IMG/VR virus record: IMGVR_UViG_3300042907_001596
Location: 64,001 to 128,000 of that record
DNA length: 64,000 bases
Strand: one strand, 5' to 3'
DNA from: a virus
Under the pieces are notes generated by a model. That model was not told where the DNA came from. It saw only the letters and a program-made list of their open reading frames with translations, and did not search any database. The translations under genes were made by a program, and so were the position numbers. Positions 48,052 to 58,155 of this stretch are shown in pieces (the stretch's first letter is position 1; each line of letters opens with the position of its first letter).

Positions 48052-48318
48052 GTGCCGGAGATCCAGCTAATGGGTGGCGAGCAGGATGGCCACACCGTGA
48101 CTACCAACACCGAAAACTGCCCCGAAGTGTTTTATGCTGTGCCGTTGGCTGACGCGGAACTGATCCGCACCACCAAGGGGAACCTGAAAAAGCTGACGCT
48201 CCGCGACAAACTAGCAACGCTGGCGTACCGCTTTGATTGTGTCATTGCTACTGAAGGTCGCGTGGAGTTGCGCTACGTCCGCGATCCCGGCATGGACAAA
48301 AAGCGGTCATCCCTGTGA
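48052..48318 (+). CDS. Hypothetical protein
   Basis: GTG after ggagg; L.GG..DG motif. Confidence 0.6.
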   Translation: MPEIQLMGGEQDGHTVTTNTENCPEVFYAVPLADAELIRTTKGNLKKLTLRDKLATLAYRFDCVIATEGRVELRYVRDPGMDKKRSSL

Positions 48319-48343
48319 ACACCCTGCCGCTGACAAAGAAGGT
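48312..48343 (+). promoter_or_regulatory. Putative late promoter CCTGT-N22-AAGGT
   Basis: Precedes 48357. Confidence 0.55.
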
Positions 48344-48356
48344 GTAGGAGGTCTAG

Positions 48357-49958
48357 ATGTTCTACTCGACTGCACGCTCCATCGACAACCAGGCTACCGC
48401 CACGACGTTCCGCGCCGCTTATGTGCGCTACGCCGGTGAGACGGAAGCCTGGTTCGACGGCACCCCCCAGTCCATCGACGGCCGGATCGCTCGCGCCAAC
48501 CGGCTGCTGCACCTGGCGAAGGAGTCCGTCGCCCGCCAAGGCATGGACGCTGAGAAGCTGGCGTCGATCGGGGAGCTTCAGGCCGACGTGCAAGCACTGA
48601 CCGCGCTGCGCCACGACCTGCTGACCGCCGGGGCTGACCGCGAGGACAACTCGCCCATCGCCGGAGTCCACATCGCCTCTGAGTGGAGTGAGAGAGAGCG
48701 CATTTACGCTCCCGACGACGACTACGACCCGGCCTTCGACATTGACTACAACGACCCCGACTGGGAAGAGCATTTTGAAAATGCTATGAAGATGCGCGAC
48801 GAGCTAAAGGCCAAGGGTGTGCCGACGACGCGGCGAGAAGTCCGCGAAAAGAAGGAGCGAGAGAGGGCGTTGCAGTCCGGTGAGTTGTCGTCCGCTGAGT
48901 CGGGACTTACCGTTGCCTACCGCGAGGCTTACTTCCGTCGCCTGGCCGCTGAGTACACAGAGACTCACCCCCTCAACGGGATGACCGTCGAGGAACTGAT
49001 TGAACTGCTCAAAGCCAGCGTGGCTGCTCAGGCGAGCAGTGCTCGCCACGGCAACTCGCGTACCGCCGACTGCGGCGACGACGAAGAGTACAAGGGCGGC
49101 GAGCACGACGAAGACGGCGAGCAGCCCAACGACTATCTGTTCGATGAGCAGGGCCGGTACCGCCGCGAGCGGTTCAAGGGCAAAGAGGCCGGATACTTCG
49201 GGGACGGCCAGGACAACGACTGGCGCGACGAAGGCTACTACGACGACGAAACCGACGACAAGCGTGACAAGCGCGGCAAGCACCGCATGGACGAGGTCGG
49301 CGGATCCGGCCGTCCGGTCACCAACCCCTACACCGGCGACGACGGGGGCAGCTTCAGCGGCAACCCGAAGGGGCGCGGGCACTGGGACAAAGCGTCCAGG
49401 CGAATGGTCGCTGGATCTGAGTGGCGCAGCATTGAGTGCCCTGAGTGTGGATCCAGGCCGGGAGACAACTGCACCGAAGGTTCAGGTCATTGGGCTGATG
49501 AAGGTCGGTTTGATCGCACACCGCATGAACTGCGCACCGACCCCGACGTGATTGCCGAGTACCTGGAGGAGTTCTCGCCGGAGAACGTCCAGCGCGGCGA
49601 GGATCAGCGCAACGAAGGGCTGCGCGAACTGGCTGACGCGATCGTGCGAGGTGGGCCACGCGAAGCGGGCCTCTCCCCCGATGACCGCCGCTTCGTGGTG
49701 CTGGAGTCCGCGAAGTTCTTAGCCGACAACACCGACACCGACAATGTCCGCGAGCTAGCCACCCGCGCCCAGCACTTCGCGCAGCAGGTCACCTCCACTT
49801 ACTCCGACGATCGCTCTCAGGCCGTCACCACCGCGTTCGTCCGGCGGGTGGCTTCTGCTGCTGCGCAGCGTCGTGACGCTGTCCGGCGCGAGCCGTCCGG
49901 CATGAGCAGACAGGCTTCGACCGTCAATGCCTTACCGCCCGAAGCACTGTTTTTGTAA
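48357..49958 (+). CDS. Head-associated modular protein with R/K-x-A junctions
   Basis: Acidic segments bounded by HIA, RLA, RTA, KEA, REA, RQA. Confidence 0.75.
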   Translation: MFYSTARSIDNQATATTFRAAYVRYAGETEAWFDGTPQSIDGRIARANRLLHLAKESVARQGMDAEKLASIGELQADVQALTALRHDLLTAGADREDNSPIAGVHIASEWSERERIYAPDDDYDPAFDIDYNDPDWEEHFENAMKMRDELKAKGVPTTRREVREKKERERALQSGELSSAESGLTVAYREAYFRRLAAEYTETHPLNGMTVEELIELLKASVAAQASSARHGNSRTADCGDDEEYKGGEHDEDGEQPNDYLFDEQGRYRRERFKGKEAGYFGDGQDNDWRDEGYYDDETDDKRDKRGKHRMDEVGGSGRPVTNPYTGDDGGSFSGNPKGRGHWDKASRRMVAGSEWRSIECPECGSRPGDNCTEGSGHWADEGRFDRTPHELRTDPDVIAEYLEEFSPENVQRGEDQRNEGLRELADAIVRGGPREAGLSPDDRRFVVLESAKFLADNTDTDNVRELATRAQHFAQQVTSTYSDDRSQAVTTAFVRRVASAAAQRRDAVRREPSGMSRQASTVNALPPEALFL

Positions 49959-49975
49959 CCCAGAAGGGCACCCCG

Positions 49976-50428
49976 ATGATGGGTCAACCGCTGACAATAG
50001 ATGACGAGTACGTTTCCTTTCGGCCCTTCCTCTATGTGTTCACCTGGGTTTCCACCCTGCTGCTGCTGTTCAACGGAGACTTTGCCTCCGTCCCCGAAGA
50101 GCTACGCGACAACACCGACGGCATCTTCTGGGTGTGGGGCGGGCTATCGCTGTGGGCACCGCCGGTCGCGCTGCTGGCCTCCGTCCTCATCCGCAAGTCC
50201 CCGCAGTGCAAATACCGTGCCTTGTGGCTTCGGCTCAGTGCCGACTTCTGCCAGTTCATCGCCATCTTGGTGTACCTGATCATGCGGATCTACGTCGGGG
50301 ATTACCACGTCTACTCCATGGCCTTCCAGTTCGCAGCGCTGGGGTATATGGCCCACCTCGTGATGGGGGACTCCGTCAAGCTGATGGGTATTGAGGCTCT
50401 TGCCGCCAAGCTCCGGCGAGAGGGGTAA
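49976..50428 (+). CDS. Membrane protein (~4 TM)
   Basis: Four hydrophobic stretches. Confidence 0.75.
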   Translation: MMGQPLTIDDEYVSFRPFLYVFTWVSTLLLLFNGDFASVPEELRDNTDGIFWVWGGLSLWAPPVALLASVLIRKSPQCKYRALWLRLSADFCQFIAILVYLIMRIYVGDYHVYSMAFQFAALGYMAHLVMGDSVKLMGIEALAAKLRREG

Positions 50429-50433
50429 GCCCC

Positions 50434-50769
50434 GTGAGTGCATCCATGAGCGGATTCCTCGCCGCTCTCGCTTACGCTGGCGTCGGGGCCGGTGTCGGAA
50501 CGATCGGAGCTTCCATCGTGACCGCCCGCTCCGGCCGGGGTGAATCCCGCGCCCACGCCGCCGAACTCCTCAGTAACGCCGCCGGAGGTCTAGCCGACCG
50601 GCTCTCTACCCTGAATGAGAAATTGGACAAAGACAACCGCGAACTGCGGGATGCCGTCGGTTCGCTCATCGAAGTCATCGACCTGCTGCTGCCGTACATC
50701 AAGGACGCCCCGCCGGGAGTGATCTCCAAGGCTGAGAAGATGAGCCAGCACGCCAGGCGAGCTATCTAG
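50434..50769 (+). CDS. Membrane-anchored coiled-coil protein
   Basis: N-terminal hydrophobic helix plus heptads. Confidence 0.7.
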   Translation: MSASMSGFLAALAYAGVGAGVGTIGASIVTARSGRGESRAHAAELLSNAAGGLADRLSTLNEKLDKDNRELRDAVGSLIEVIDLLLPYIKDAPPGVISKAEKMSQHARRAI

Positions 50770-50778
50770 CCACGCTGA

Positions 50779-50811
50779 CCTGTAACCGACACGCCCCGCG
50801 CCGGGAAAGAG
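50779..50811 (+). promoter_or_regulatory. Putative late promoter CCTGT-N22-AAAGAG
   Basis: Precedes 50856. Confidence 0.6.
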
Positions 50812-50855
50812 GGAAGAAGCAAGTTCCGTCCAAGGCTGGAAGCAGGGAGCCGAAC

Positions 50856-53800
50856 GTGGCTGACGTTTTTGAGGTGTTGACCGCCTCTGAGTCCGAGCAG
50901 AGCATCGCGAAGAAAGCAGCGGCCGACACCCTCGCCGCCGCGATCTACGACGTACGCGAGCAGTTCGGGGAGCATCTGTTCATCGCCAAGAGCAAAGACG
51001 AGTTCCACGACCGTCTGGCCTTGTGCAAAGACGACATGATGAAGACGGTCAACGCTCACCTCATGCCGGTGACCGGCGTGATGCGCCGGGTCTGCAAGAC
51101 GATGGAGCGCGAATGGCGTGAGCGCACCGCCAATCGTCCGCTGCACGAGATCGCCCGCGACATCAAGACCAACTGGCCGAAGGTCAACTACGCCGCCCAG
51201 CCGTACTTAGATGCCCTCCACGAACTGGAGAGCGTCGATGATATGTACTACGCGGATCCGGCCAGCCATATCGTCAACTACTTCCTCTCCAACGCCAGAT
51301 CGTGGCGCGGGCCGGAAGCCAAGCGCATCAAGGACGAACTGAAGGGCTTGGTCAGCCGCCGCGCCAACCGGCTGGCCTATTCCGACGAAGAGTTGGAAGC
51401 CTACAAAGAGACGGTGAGCAGCGACGAGAAGCCGCCGCGCCCGAAAGCCAAGCCGTTCCCCGACACCGACGGCGAGTGGAAGAAGGCCGACAACACCGGC
51501 CCGGTGCAAAGCCTGGAGCAGACCTACTCCCCCTCTGACGGCCCGCTCGTCCCCGAAGGTGACTTCCACGCCTACCAGAACTCCGTCGACCAGAACGCCG
51601 ACTCGACGGTGTCGGGAAACTTCACTCCCGGCGAGGACTCCGGCTCCGACAAGCACGGCTACCGCACCGCCAACGAGGTGATGGGGTACCCGGCCGACGG
51701 CGGCATGCCCGACGCAGGCATGGCGACTCCGCCGCCCGCTCCCGGTATGGATCCGACCACCGGTGCGGGCATGGTTGCCGCCCCGCCAGGAACCGGCGGC
51801 AGCGGCCCCGAAATGATGACCGCCGCGATCATCAAGCGGTATGCCCAGTGGTGTGTCGCCAACTTGGCGCGGCCGTCGGTGCAGACGCTGGAGTATTACG
51901 CCGCCAACCGTCCCGACCTGGACTATTTCGTCCTGACGGCGGCGTTGCAGAAGCACGCTGAAGTTCCCGGTGGTTCAGCATCGGAGGGGCTTGGTCATAT
52001 CATTAACCCCTTTGAGCCATCCCCTGAACCCAAGGCTCTTGATCCGAACCCCTACGCTGGCCTGACCATCCCCGAAAACTTCGATTACAGTGGAGGCAGC
52101 GGGGGATCAACCGGCCAGTTTACGGGTGCCTACCTGAAGCTGTGCCGCCAACAGGGTGTTCAGCCAACGCTACAGGGCTACCAGCGTTTTGCTAACCTCC
52201 ATACCGCCGCCGGTAAGGGCAAGGACTACCTGCTGCAAGCCGACGAGGCCATCACCAACCTGCTCAACGAGAAAGCTGAAGAGTTCCAAGAGAGCATTAC
52301 GCCGCTCCAGCAGGCACTCCAGACCATCCAGTACGCGGAGCAGGTGCAGCAGGCGCAGAACCCGATGGGCGTCATGCCTCCGGCCGGAACCGTCAACGTC
52401 ATGCCCCAGACCCAAGGCCCCGCAGGGCCTGCCCCGGCGGGTGTAGATCCGTCCGGCCAGGTCGACCCGGCGATGCTCGCCCAGCTTATGGGCATGGGTG
52501 GCGGGGATCCGTCGCAGATGCAGGATCCCAACGCAGGCATCCCTCCGGCAGCCGCCCAGCAGGGTGCGGTGCCGCCGGAGATGCAGATGCAGGCTCGCCG
52601 TCGCCGTGCGCAGATCAGCTTGTCTGATGTCCGCATCGAAGACCGGGGTGCCGGTCTGTGCAGCGGGACAGACCCCGCCGGTCACCGGGTGATGTTCCAG
52701 GCTTCGCCGGAAGACATGAAGGATCTCCTGCATGTGATGCAGGGCGACCTGGCCCAGAACTTCTCTGGGGTGTCGGTGGATGAAGAAGACATTGTCGATA
52801 TGGGGCCGCAGGAAAAGGTTCCTTCCCACGGCGAGCAGGATCCTTACGGTGGCGGTGATGGCGACATCAACCGCAGCTTTACGGGAACCCGCCGCACCGC
52901 CAGCAGAACTTCCGACCTCATCGCGGAGTACGAAAGCACTCCGCACGACGACGTGAAGAGCTTTGAGCTTGAGGAAGCCATCCACCGTCTGGCGGAGCAA
53001 GGTGACCCCGAAGCCCTCGCGTTCCTGAACGGTCACGACGAGCAGGCTCACGACGCGGAAGGGCACGACTACCCTCCGACGGGACACATGGCCCGCCGAC
53101 GCACCGCCATGCCGATGACCGAAGACGGCTACGACGGAGGTGACGGCTGGGTTCCCGGCCAGGACTTCGATCCCCATGATCCAGACGAGATGGAAATCAT
53201 GGAGCACATCTGGGAAGGCGAAAAGCTGAACCGGATGCAGCAGCTTGAGGAAGAGAACGCGAGACTGCGCAGTCAGCTTGACCCCGGCGGTGAACGTCAG
53301 GACTACGAGAACTATCACGATAACCACCGTGAGGGTGCCGTCTCCGAACTGGGCTACCCCGAACCCGAAGAGGGCTTTGAGGAAAACCACAAGAAGGTAC
53401 GCAAAGAGAACGACTGGCCAGAACCGGAGTCGCGCTCAAGCGAAAAGCGTGGTGGTCGGGGAAAAGCACGAGGGGCCGCTAGGCCCCAGAGCCGGGGCCG
53501 CACCGCCAGCGGCGACCTGGGCCACTGCCAGATGGGATCGGGCTGCGGCAACCAGGCCGACCTGACCTTGCCGCTGCGCATCCTGGGGGATGTGCCGTTC
53601 TGCCGCCCCTGCGCAGAGCGGTACGTCCGCGTCAAAGACCGCTACCGCAAAGAAACCCAAGAGAAGAACCGGGCGCAGCAGAAATCCGGCGGCATCTTGG
53701 AGGAATGGCAGAAGTGGCAGCAGCGCCGCAGCCAAAGCGGCAAGCTGGGTATCGGCGGAGACAAAGACATTGAGGACTTCGCCGCCGAGCGCGGCTACGG

Positions 53801-54767
53801 CAGCCGGGGTGTGGCCACACTCCGCAAGCACCTTTACGGCCAGCGCACCGGCTGGTATGAGTCTTACGGTGAGCGCAAAAAGGCTCTCCGCAAGCAAGCC
53901 TGGTCAGGCTGGGGGCCGAGCCAGGTCAAGCGCAACCATGCTGTCGACGGCTGGGACTGGGACAAGCGGCTGTCGGCGTACGTCGCCTCCAGTCCGCCGG
54001 AGCACTTCATCTGCAAGTGCGGATCCAAGCTCGCGGTACCGGGCTACCACAACTGCAAGTGCGGCAAGATCTGGAACTCGTACGTCATCGGCACCGGCGG
54101 GGAGAACCGTCAGGCTGCTGTGGAGAAGTTTTTGTGCCGCGAGATCGCGGTGCGCGACAACGTCATCGTGGCGAACAACAGAACCGCCGGTCGCCCTGTT
54201 CGCGACAGCCAGGGCAACCCAATAGAAACGGAATCAGACGGGTACGTCGAGCGCAAAGTAGTTCGTCAGCCCCAAAGGCCAGAAAAAGACCCAGACCGTC
54301 GCCCGTCTGATTTCCAAAGGCAATCTCTCAGTCCTGAAGACTTGAGGGATTGGTGGGATTCAGTGAAGCATCTGCACGACAACTCTGAGTTTGATCCAAG
54401 ACGGTACAACCCAACCACCGGCAAGTATTGGACAGGCAAGGATGCGCCAGAGATCGGGGCCAGCCGCGAAGCCGCCAAAACCGCCAAAGACGGCGGCTGC
54501 ACCTGCTGGGAAGGCTACGAGCGTGTCCCCGGCACCGAGCCGTGCGCGTCTGGCTCCTGCCGGAAGAAGACTTCCGGCCGCGACACGCCAGCAGCGCAGC
54601 CGTCCCGGCGGGGCGATTCGTGGAAGTATCGGGAGATGCTTGCCGCCGATGAAGACGACTCCGACGAGTGGCCATCTGAGCACCACCCCAATGCCGGGAA
54701 GTCCACGATGAGCAAGCCCCCCGCCGATTGGCATCACCGCGATCGTGGAGGGAAGTGGACGGCGTGA
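50856..54767 (+). CDS. Large head-associated polyprotein-like protein (1303 aa)
   Basis: Many RTA/RLA/KQA/KHA/RQA junctions including RRRTA|MP at 53109; Cys clusters; lies upstream of portal. Confidence 0.8.
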   Translation: MADVFEVLTASESEQSIAKKAAADTLAAAIYDVREQFGEHLFIAKSKDEFHDRLALCKDDMMKTVNAHLMPVTGVMRRVCKTMEREWRERTANRPLHEIARDIKTNWPKVNYAAQPYLDALHELESVDDMYYADPASHIVNYFLSNARSWRGPEAKRIKDELKGLVSRRANRLAYSDEELEAYKETVSSDEKPPRPKAKPFPDTDGEWKKADNTGPVQSLEQTYSPSDGPLVPEGDFHAYQNSVDQNADSTVSGNFTPGEDSGSDKHGYRTANEVMGYPADGGMPDAGMATPPPAPGMDPTTGAGMVAAPPGTGGSGPEMMTAAIIKRYAQWCVANLARPSVQTLEYYAANRPDLDYFVLTAALQKHAEVPGGSASEGLGHIINPFEPSPEPKALDPNPYAGLTIPENFDYSGGSGGSTGQFTGAYLKLCRQQGVQPTLQGYQRFANLHTAAGKGKDYLLQADEAITNLLNEKAEEFQESITPLQQALQTIQYAEQVQQAQNPMGVMPPAGTVNVMPQTQGPAGPAPAGVDPSGQVDPAMLAQLMGMGGGDPSQMQDPNAGIPPAAAQQGAVPPEMQMQARRRRAQISLSDVRIEDRGAGLCSGTDPAGHRVMFQASPEDMKDLLHVMQGDLAQNFSGVSVDEEDIVDMGPQEKVPSHGEQDPYGGGDGDINRSFTGTRRTASRTSDLIAEYESTPHDDVKSFELEEAIHRLAEQGDPEALAFLNGHDEQAHDAEGHDYPPTGHMARRRTAMPMTEDGYDGGDGWVPGQDFDPHDPDEMEIMEHIWEGEKLNRMQQLEEENARLRSQLDPGGERQDYENYHDNHREGAVSELGYPEPEEGFEENHKKVRKENDWPEPESRSSEKRGGRGKARGAARPQSRGRTASGDLGHCQMGSGCGNQADLTLPLRILGDVPFCRPCAERYVRVKDRYRKETQEKNRAQQKSGGILEEWQKWQQRRSQSGKLGIGGDKDIEDFAAERGYGSRGVATLRKHLYGQRTGWYESYGERKKALRKQAWSGWGPSQVKRNHAVDGWDWDKRLSAYVASSPPEHFICKCGSKLAVPGYHNCKCGKIWNSYVIGTGGENRQAAVEKFLCREIAVRDNVIVANNRTAGRPVRDSQGNPIETESDGYVERKVVRQPQRPEKDPDRRPSDFQRQSLSPEDLRDWWDSVKHLHDNSEFDPRRYNPTTGKYWTGKDAPEIGASREAAKTAKDGGCTCWEGYERVPGTEPCASGSCRKKTSGRDTPAAQPSRRGDSWKYREMLAADEDDSDEWPSEHHPNAGKSTMSKPPADWHHRDRGGKWTA

Positions 54768-55114
54768 CCGTGTGCTTCACCTGTAAGCATCTGCGGGAGA
54801 TTGTCCACACCGACGAACTGGAGCGGGGCTTCTGCGCCCAGTGCTACCGGCCGTCGTGGGATCTCCTCTTCGCCAACAGCTTCATGGCGCTGACCGTCCC
54901 CTTCGCGGTGGGCGATCGGGTGCAGTGCCGCACCGCCGGAGTGATCTACGACGGCATCGGCGTGGTGGAGGAAGTCTCCACCGACTTGAAGGACGGAGGA
55001 ACCTGGGTGTATCCGGCGTTCCGCGTCCGCTTCGATGAGAAGGCATACTCATCGGTGCCCGACGTGCAGTTGTACACCGAAGCCTGCCTGACGAAGGTGG
55101 GCAGCGATGAGTGA
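54764..55114 (+). CDS. Zn-ribbon plus SH3-like small protein
   Basis: CFTC...CAQC; VGDRVQC. Confidence 0.65.
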   Translation: MTVCFTCKHLREIVHTDELERGFCAQCYRPSWDLLFANSFMALTVPFAVGDRVQCRTAGVIYDGIGVVEEVSTDLKDGGTWVYPAFRVRFDEKAYSSVPDVQLYTEACLTKVGSDE

Positions 55115-57503
55115 CTTCTCCATCTCCGACCGGCGCGGGCGCACCGCGTCCGGCCTCTACGTCGGCAACGCCAACACCGAGATGCACCGGCTGCGCCAGG
55201 CCGGGTACACCCTGCCCAACTCCCCGGTGCAGGCCCGCATCGAATCCCGCCGGGTAGCCGACACCGCCACCGCCGGATCGCTGGCCGACTCCACCAACAA
55301 AGCTATCGCCGCGCAGATGCGCCGCAGCCGGATGGGCAGCATGCGGGCGTCCACCGGCGGATCTACGATGATGCGTACCGGATCCAATACCCAGATGGCG
55401 ATGCCGAAGGTGCGCCAGCCGATGGGGTCGCTGGCCGACAAAGGCATCCCCTTCAACGTCCAAGACCCCAAAGAGCTTATTGAGCTTCGCCGGTGGTGCC
55501 GGTTGTTCTATTCGACCCATGACTTGGTGCCGTTGTTGATCGACATCTACGCGAAGTTCCCGGTCGTCGGCTTGGAGTTCCAAAGCAAAGACCCGAAGAT
55601 CCAAGAGTTCTACGAGCAGATGTTTATGCAGGATCTGAACTACTCCGAGTTTCTGCCCGAAGGGCTGGGCCGGGAATACTTCACCGTCGGTGAGGTCACC
55701 TCGCTGGCGCACTTCAACGAGTCGCTGGGCATCTGGTCGTCCGAAGAGATCCTGAACCCCGACATGGTGCGCGTCAGCAAAAGCCTCTTCGTCGGCCAGG
55801 AGCGGGTGCAGCTTCTCGTCAAAGACTTGGTGGACTCGCTGCGCACCGGCCCGCAAGGGTCAACCTCCGGCGAAGAGTCGCCCAGCGAGAAGCTGGAGCG
55901 CACCTGGGAGTACCAGCAACTGGTCAAGCACTACCCCGAAATCGTCAAGGCGGCAGCCCAAGACGACGGCCTCGACATCTCCGACGCGCTCTGCTCACGC
56001 CTAGTCAACAAGTCCTCCTGGTGGGATCTGCGGGGCACCCCGCACCTGCTGCGCTCCTTCCGCACCCTGATGATGGAAGAGTCGCTGCACGCCGCCCAGG
56101 ACGCCGTGGCCGACCGGCTGTACGCCCCGCTCATCCTCGCCACGATGGGTATTGAAAATATGGGCGACGGCGAGCCGTGGATCCCCGACCAAGGCGAATT
56201 GGACGATCTGCGCGACGACATGCAGAACGCTTTGTCGGCCGACTTCAAGCTGATGGTGCATAACTTCGGCGTGAACATCCAGTCGGTGTTCGGCCGCGAG
56301 CAGGTGCCGCGCTTCGACACCGACTACGACCGCATCGACGCCAAGCTCCTCCAGGCGTGGGGCATCGGCCAAGCTCTCATCGCCGGTGGCTCCGGTGCCG
56401 GTGGTGCCTACGCTTCGTCCGCGCTGAACCGCGAGGTGTGCGAGCAGTTGATGCTCACCTTCCAGAACAAGGTTCACCGCCACATTATGAAGCGGGCCGA
56501 AGTCATTGCCGAAGCCCAGGAGCATTACGACTTTGAGCTAAAAGGCGGCATCCGCCGCCCGATCTACCGGGAGATCGTGCAGTACAACGAAGAGACGGGC
56601 GAAGAAGAGATCGTCCGCGTCCCCAAGCTGCTGCTGCCCGAAGTCAAGTTCGCTACCCTCAACCTTCGCGACGAAGCCCAAGAAAGGGCGTTCATCGCCC
56701 AACTCAAGCAGATGGGTGTGCCCGTCTCCGACGGCAGCTTGGCGGTCAACATCCCGATTGAGTTCGACCAGGAGCTAGAGAAGCAGGCCGAAGAGACGGT
56801 CGCTAAAGGGCTGGCGAAAGCCCAGGCGATGGACAAGCTCCAGAAGATGTGCGACGCCCAAGGCATCCCGTACCCCGACGATCTGGTGGCTGCACTATCA
56901 GCCACACTGCAACTGCGTCAGGGTTTGGCCCAGACCGAAATGGTCGAGGGTCAGGCGGAGATGCAGGAGCAGCAGATGAAGGCGATGTCTCCCGCCGGAC
57001 AGATGGGCCTTATCCCCGGCGTCGCTGCGCCTCCGCCGCCGCCGGAAGGTCAGCAGAAAGCTGCCTCGACCGGCCCGCACGGATCCCCGCCGTTTGCGTC
57101 CGGCCCCGGCGGTGTGCAGGAAGTAGAAGAGGAAGGGACTCCGCCGGAGCTTCCCCGCAACCGGCAGCGTCCGGCGGAGTCCGACGAGCAGCGCGGCTCC
57201 ATGCCGAAGAAGTCACGGTTTGAGCAGGGGCCAAGCTCCTACGGCAAAGCGATGCGGGCCAACACCAACCGGGTGGAGCAAGCAGTGCGCCGCCGGGAGG
57301 CGGTCGCTCGCGGAGTGTCCGTCAGCGATCTGGTCAACGACCCCGAGTCGTACTTCTTGACTAATATGGGTGGCTACGAAGCGCAGATCCGCGCCGACTG
57401 GCCGGAGATTCAAGCCGGGGGTGCCCCCGACAGTCGCAAGCTGTTAGAGGAGTTGGTGGAGCAATATGAAGAAGTCACCGGTATCACGCCCCGATGGGAC
57501 TAA
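55107..57503 (+). CDS. Portal protein
   Basis: WCRLFY..HDLVPLLIDIY.KFP, YFTVGE, GTPHLLRSFRTL; helical core; position in head module. Confidence 0.8.
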   Translation: MSDFSISDRRGRTASGLYVGNANTEMHRLRQAGYTLPNSPVQARIESRRVADTATAGSLADSTNKAIAAQMRRSRMGSMRASTGGSTMMRTGSNTQMAMPKVRQPMGSLADKGIPFNVQDPKELIELRRWCRLFYSTHDLVPLLIDIYAKFPVVGLEFQSKDPKIQEFYEQMFMQDLNYSEFLPEGLGREYFTVGEVTSLAHFNESLGIWSSEEILNPDMVRVSKSLFVGQERVQLLVKDLVDSLRTGPQGSTSGEESPSEKLERTWEYQQLVKHYPEIVKAAAQDDGLDISDALCSRLVNKSSWWDLRGTPHLLRSFRTLMMEESLHAAQDAVADRLYAPLILATMGIENMGDGEPWIPDQGELDDLRDDMQNALSADFKLMVHNFGVNIQSVFGREQVPRFDTDYDRIDAKLLQAWGIGQALIAGGSGAGGAYASSALNREVCEQLMLTFQNKVHRHIMKRAEVIAEAQEHYDFELKGGIRRPIYREIVQYNEETGEEEIVRVPKLLLPEVKFATLNLRDEAQERAFIAQLKQMGVPVSDGSLAVNIPIEFDQELEKQAEETVAKGLAKAQAMDKLQKMCDAQGIPYPDDLVAALSATLQLRQGLAQTEMVEGQAEMQEQQMKAMSPAGQMGLIPGVAAPPPPPEGQQKAASTGPHGSPPFASGPGGVQEVEEEGTPPELPRNRQRPAESDEQRGSMPKKSRFEQGPSSYGKAMRANTNRVEQAVRRREAVARGVSVSDLVNDPESYFLTNMGGYEAQIRADWPEIQAGGAPDSRKLLEELVEQYEEVTGITPRWD

Positions 57504-57504
57504 G

Positions 57505-57798
57505 GTGTCCGACGACGAAACTGTGTCGGTACGCATGGAGTGGGGCCTGTCTTTGCCTAGCGGAGAAGTGATGTGGAATGAGTACCGGGGACACCCGACT
57601 CATACCCCTGAACACCGATGGGTGTTGTGGCAGGTTCTTCGTAAGACAGCCGGAGAAGTCGGCTTCGATGAGCGCGAGTTTCTGTCCCGTTATGGATGGG
57701 TATCGCGTAGCGTTACCACTACTATCCGTGGGCGAAACACCTACACGATTAACGACGAGAAAATATGCGCTGAACCTACTGACACGGAGCCAGCCTAG
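57505..57798 (+). CDS. Hypothetical protein
   Basis: GTG right after portal stop. Confidence 0.55.
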   Translation: MSDDETVSVRMEWGLSLPSGEVMWNEYRGHPTHTPEHRWVLWQVLRKTAGEVGFDEREFLSRYGWVSRSVTTTIRGRNTYTINDEKICAEPTDTEPA

Positions 57799-57857
57799 CT
57801 ATAGAGTGGCTATCAACTTTCCCCTCCCCCAGACCCAGGAACGAGGCTGCTCGCCTA

Positions 57858-58106
57858 ATGGAAACCGCCCCCAGCATCTTCTACATGACCTTGCCGACGG
57901 AGAACGCCGACGAGGCGGTGTCGCTGATGGAGTATCTGAATCAGCATGGGGTGCTGGCAGCAAGGGAAGGCACCGAGATGGTGACCTGCCCGATGGAGCA
58001 TCACTCCATGGCGGAGACGGTCTACAACCTTCACCAAAGCTGGCGTCGATTTTGGGAGCACTCCGACTCCGGCCTGTTCGGTCTTCCCGTTTACACTAAA
58101 GGTTAA
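57858..58106 (+). CDS. Hypothetical protein
   Basis: ORF track. Confidence 0.6.
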   Translation: METAPSIFYMTLPTENADEAVSLMEYLNQHGVLAAREGTEMVTCPMEHHSMAETVYNLHQSWRRFWEHSDSGLFGLPVYTKG

Positions 58107-58107
58107 A

Positions 58108-58140
58108 CCTGTAACCACCTCGCTGTCCTGCCGGAAAGGG
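58108..58140 (+). promoter_or_regulatory. Putative late promoter CCTGT-N22-AAAGGG
   Basis: Precedes 58156. Confidence 0.6.
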
Positions 58141-58155
58141 TAGGAGGTAGCGACG

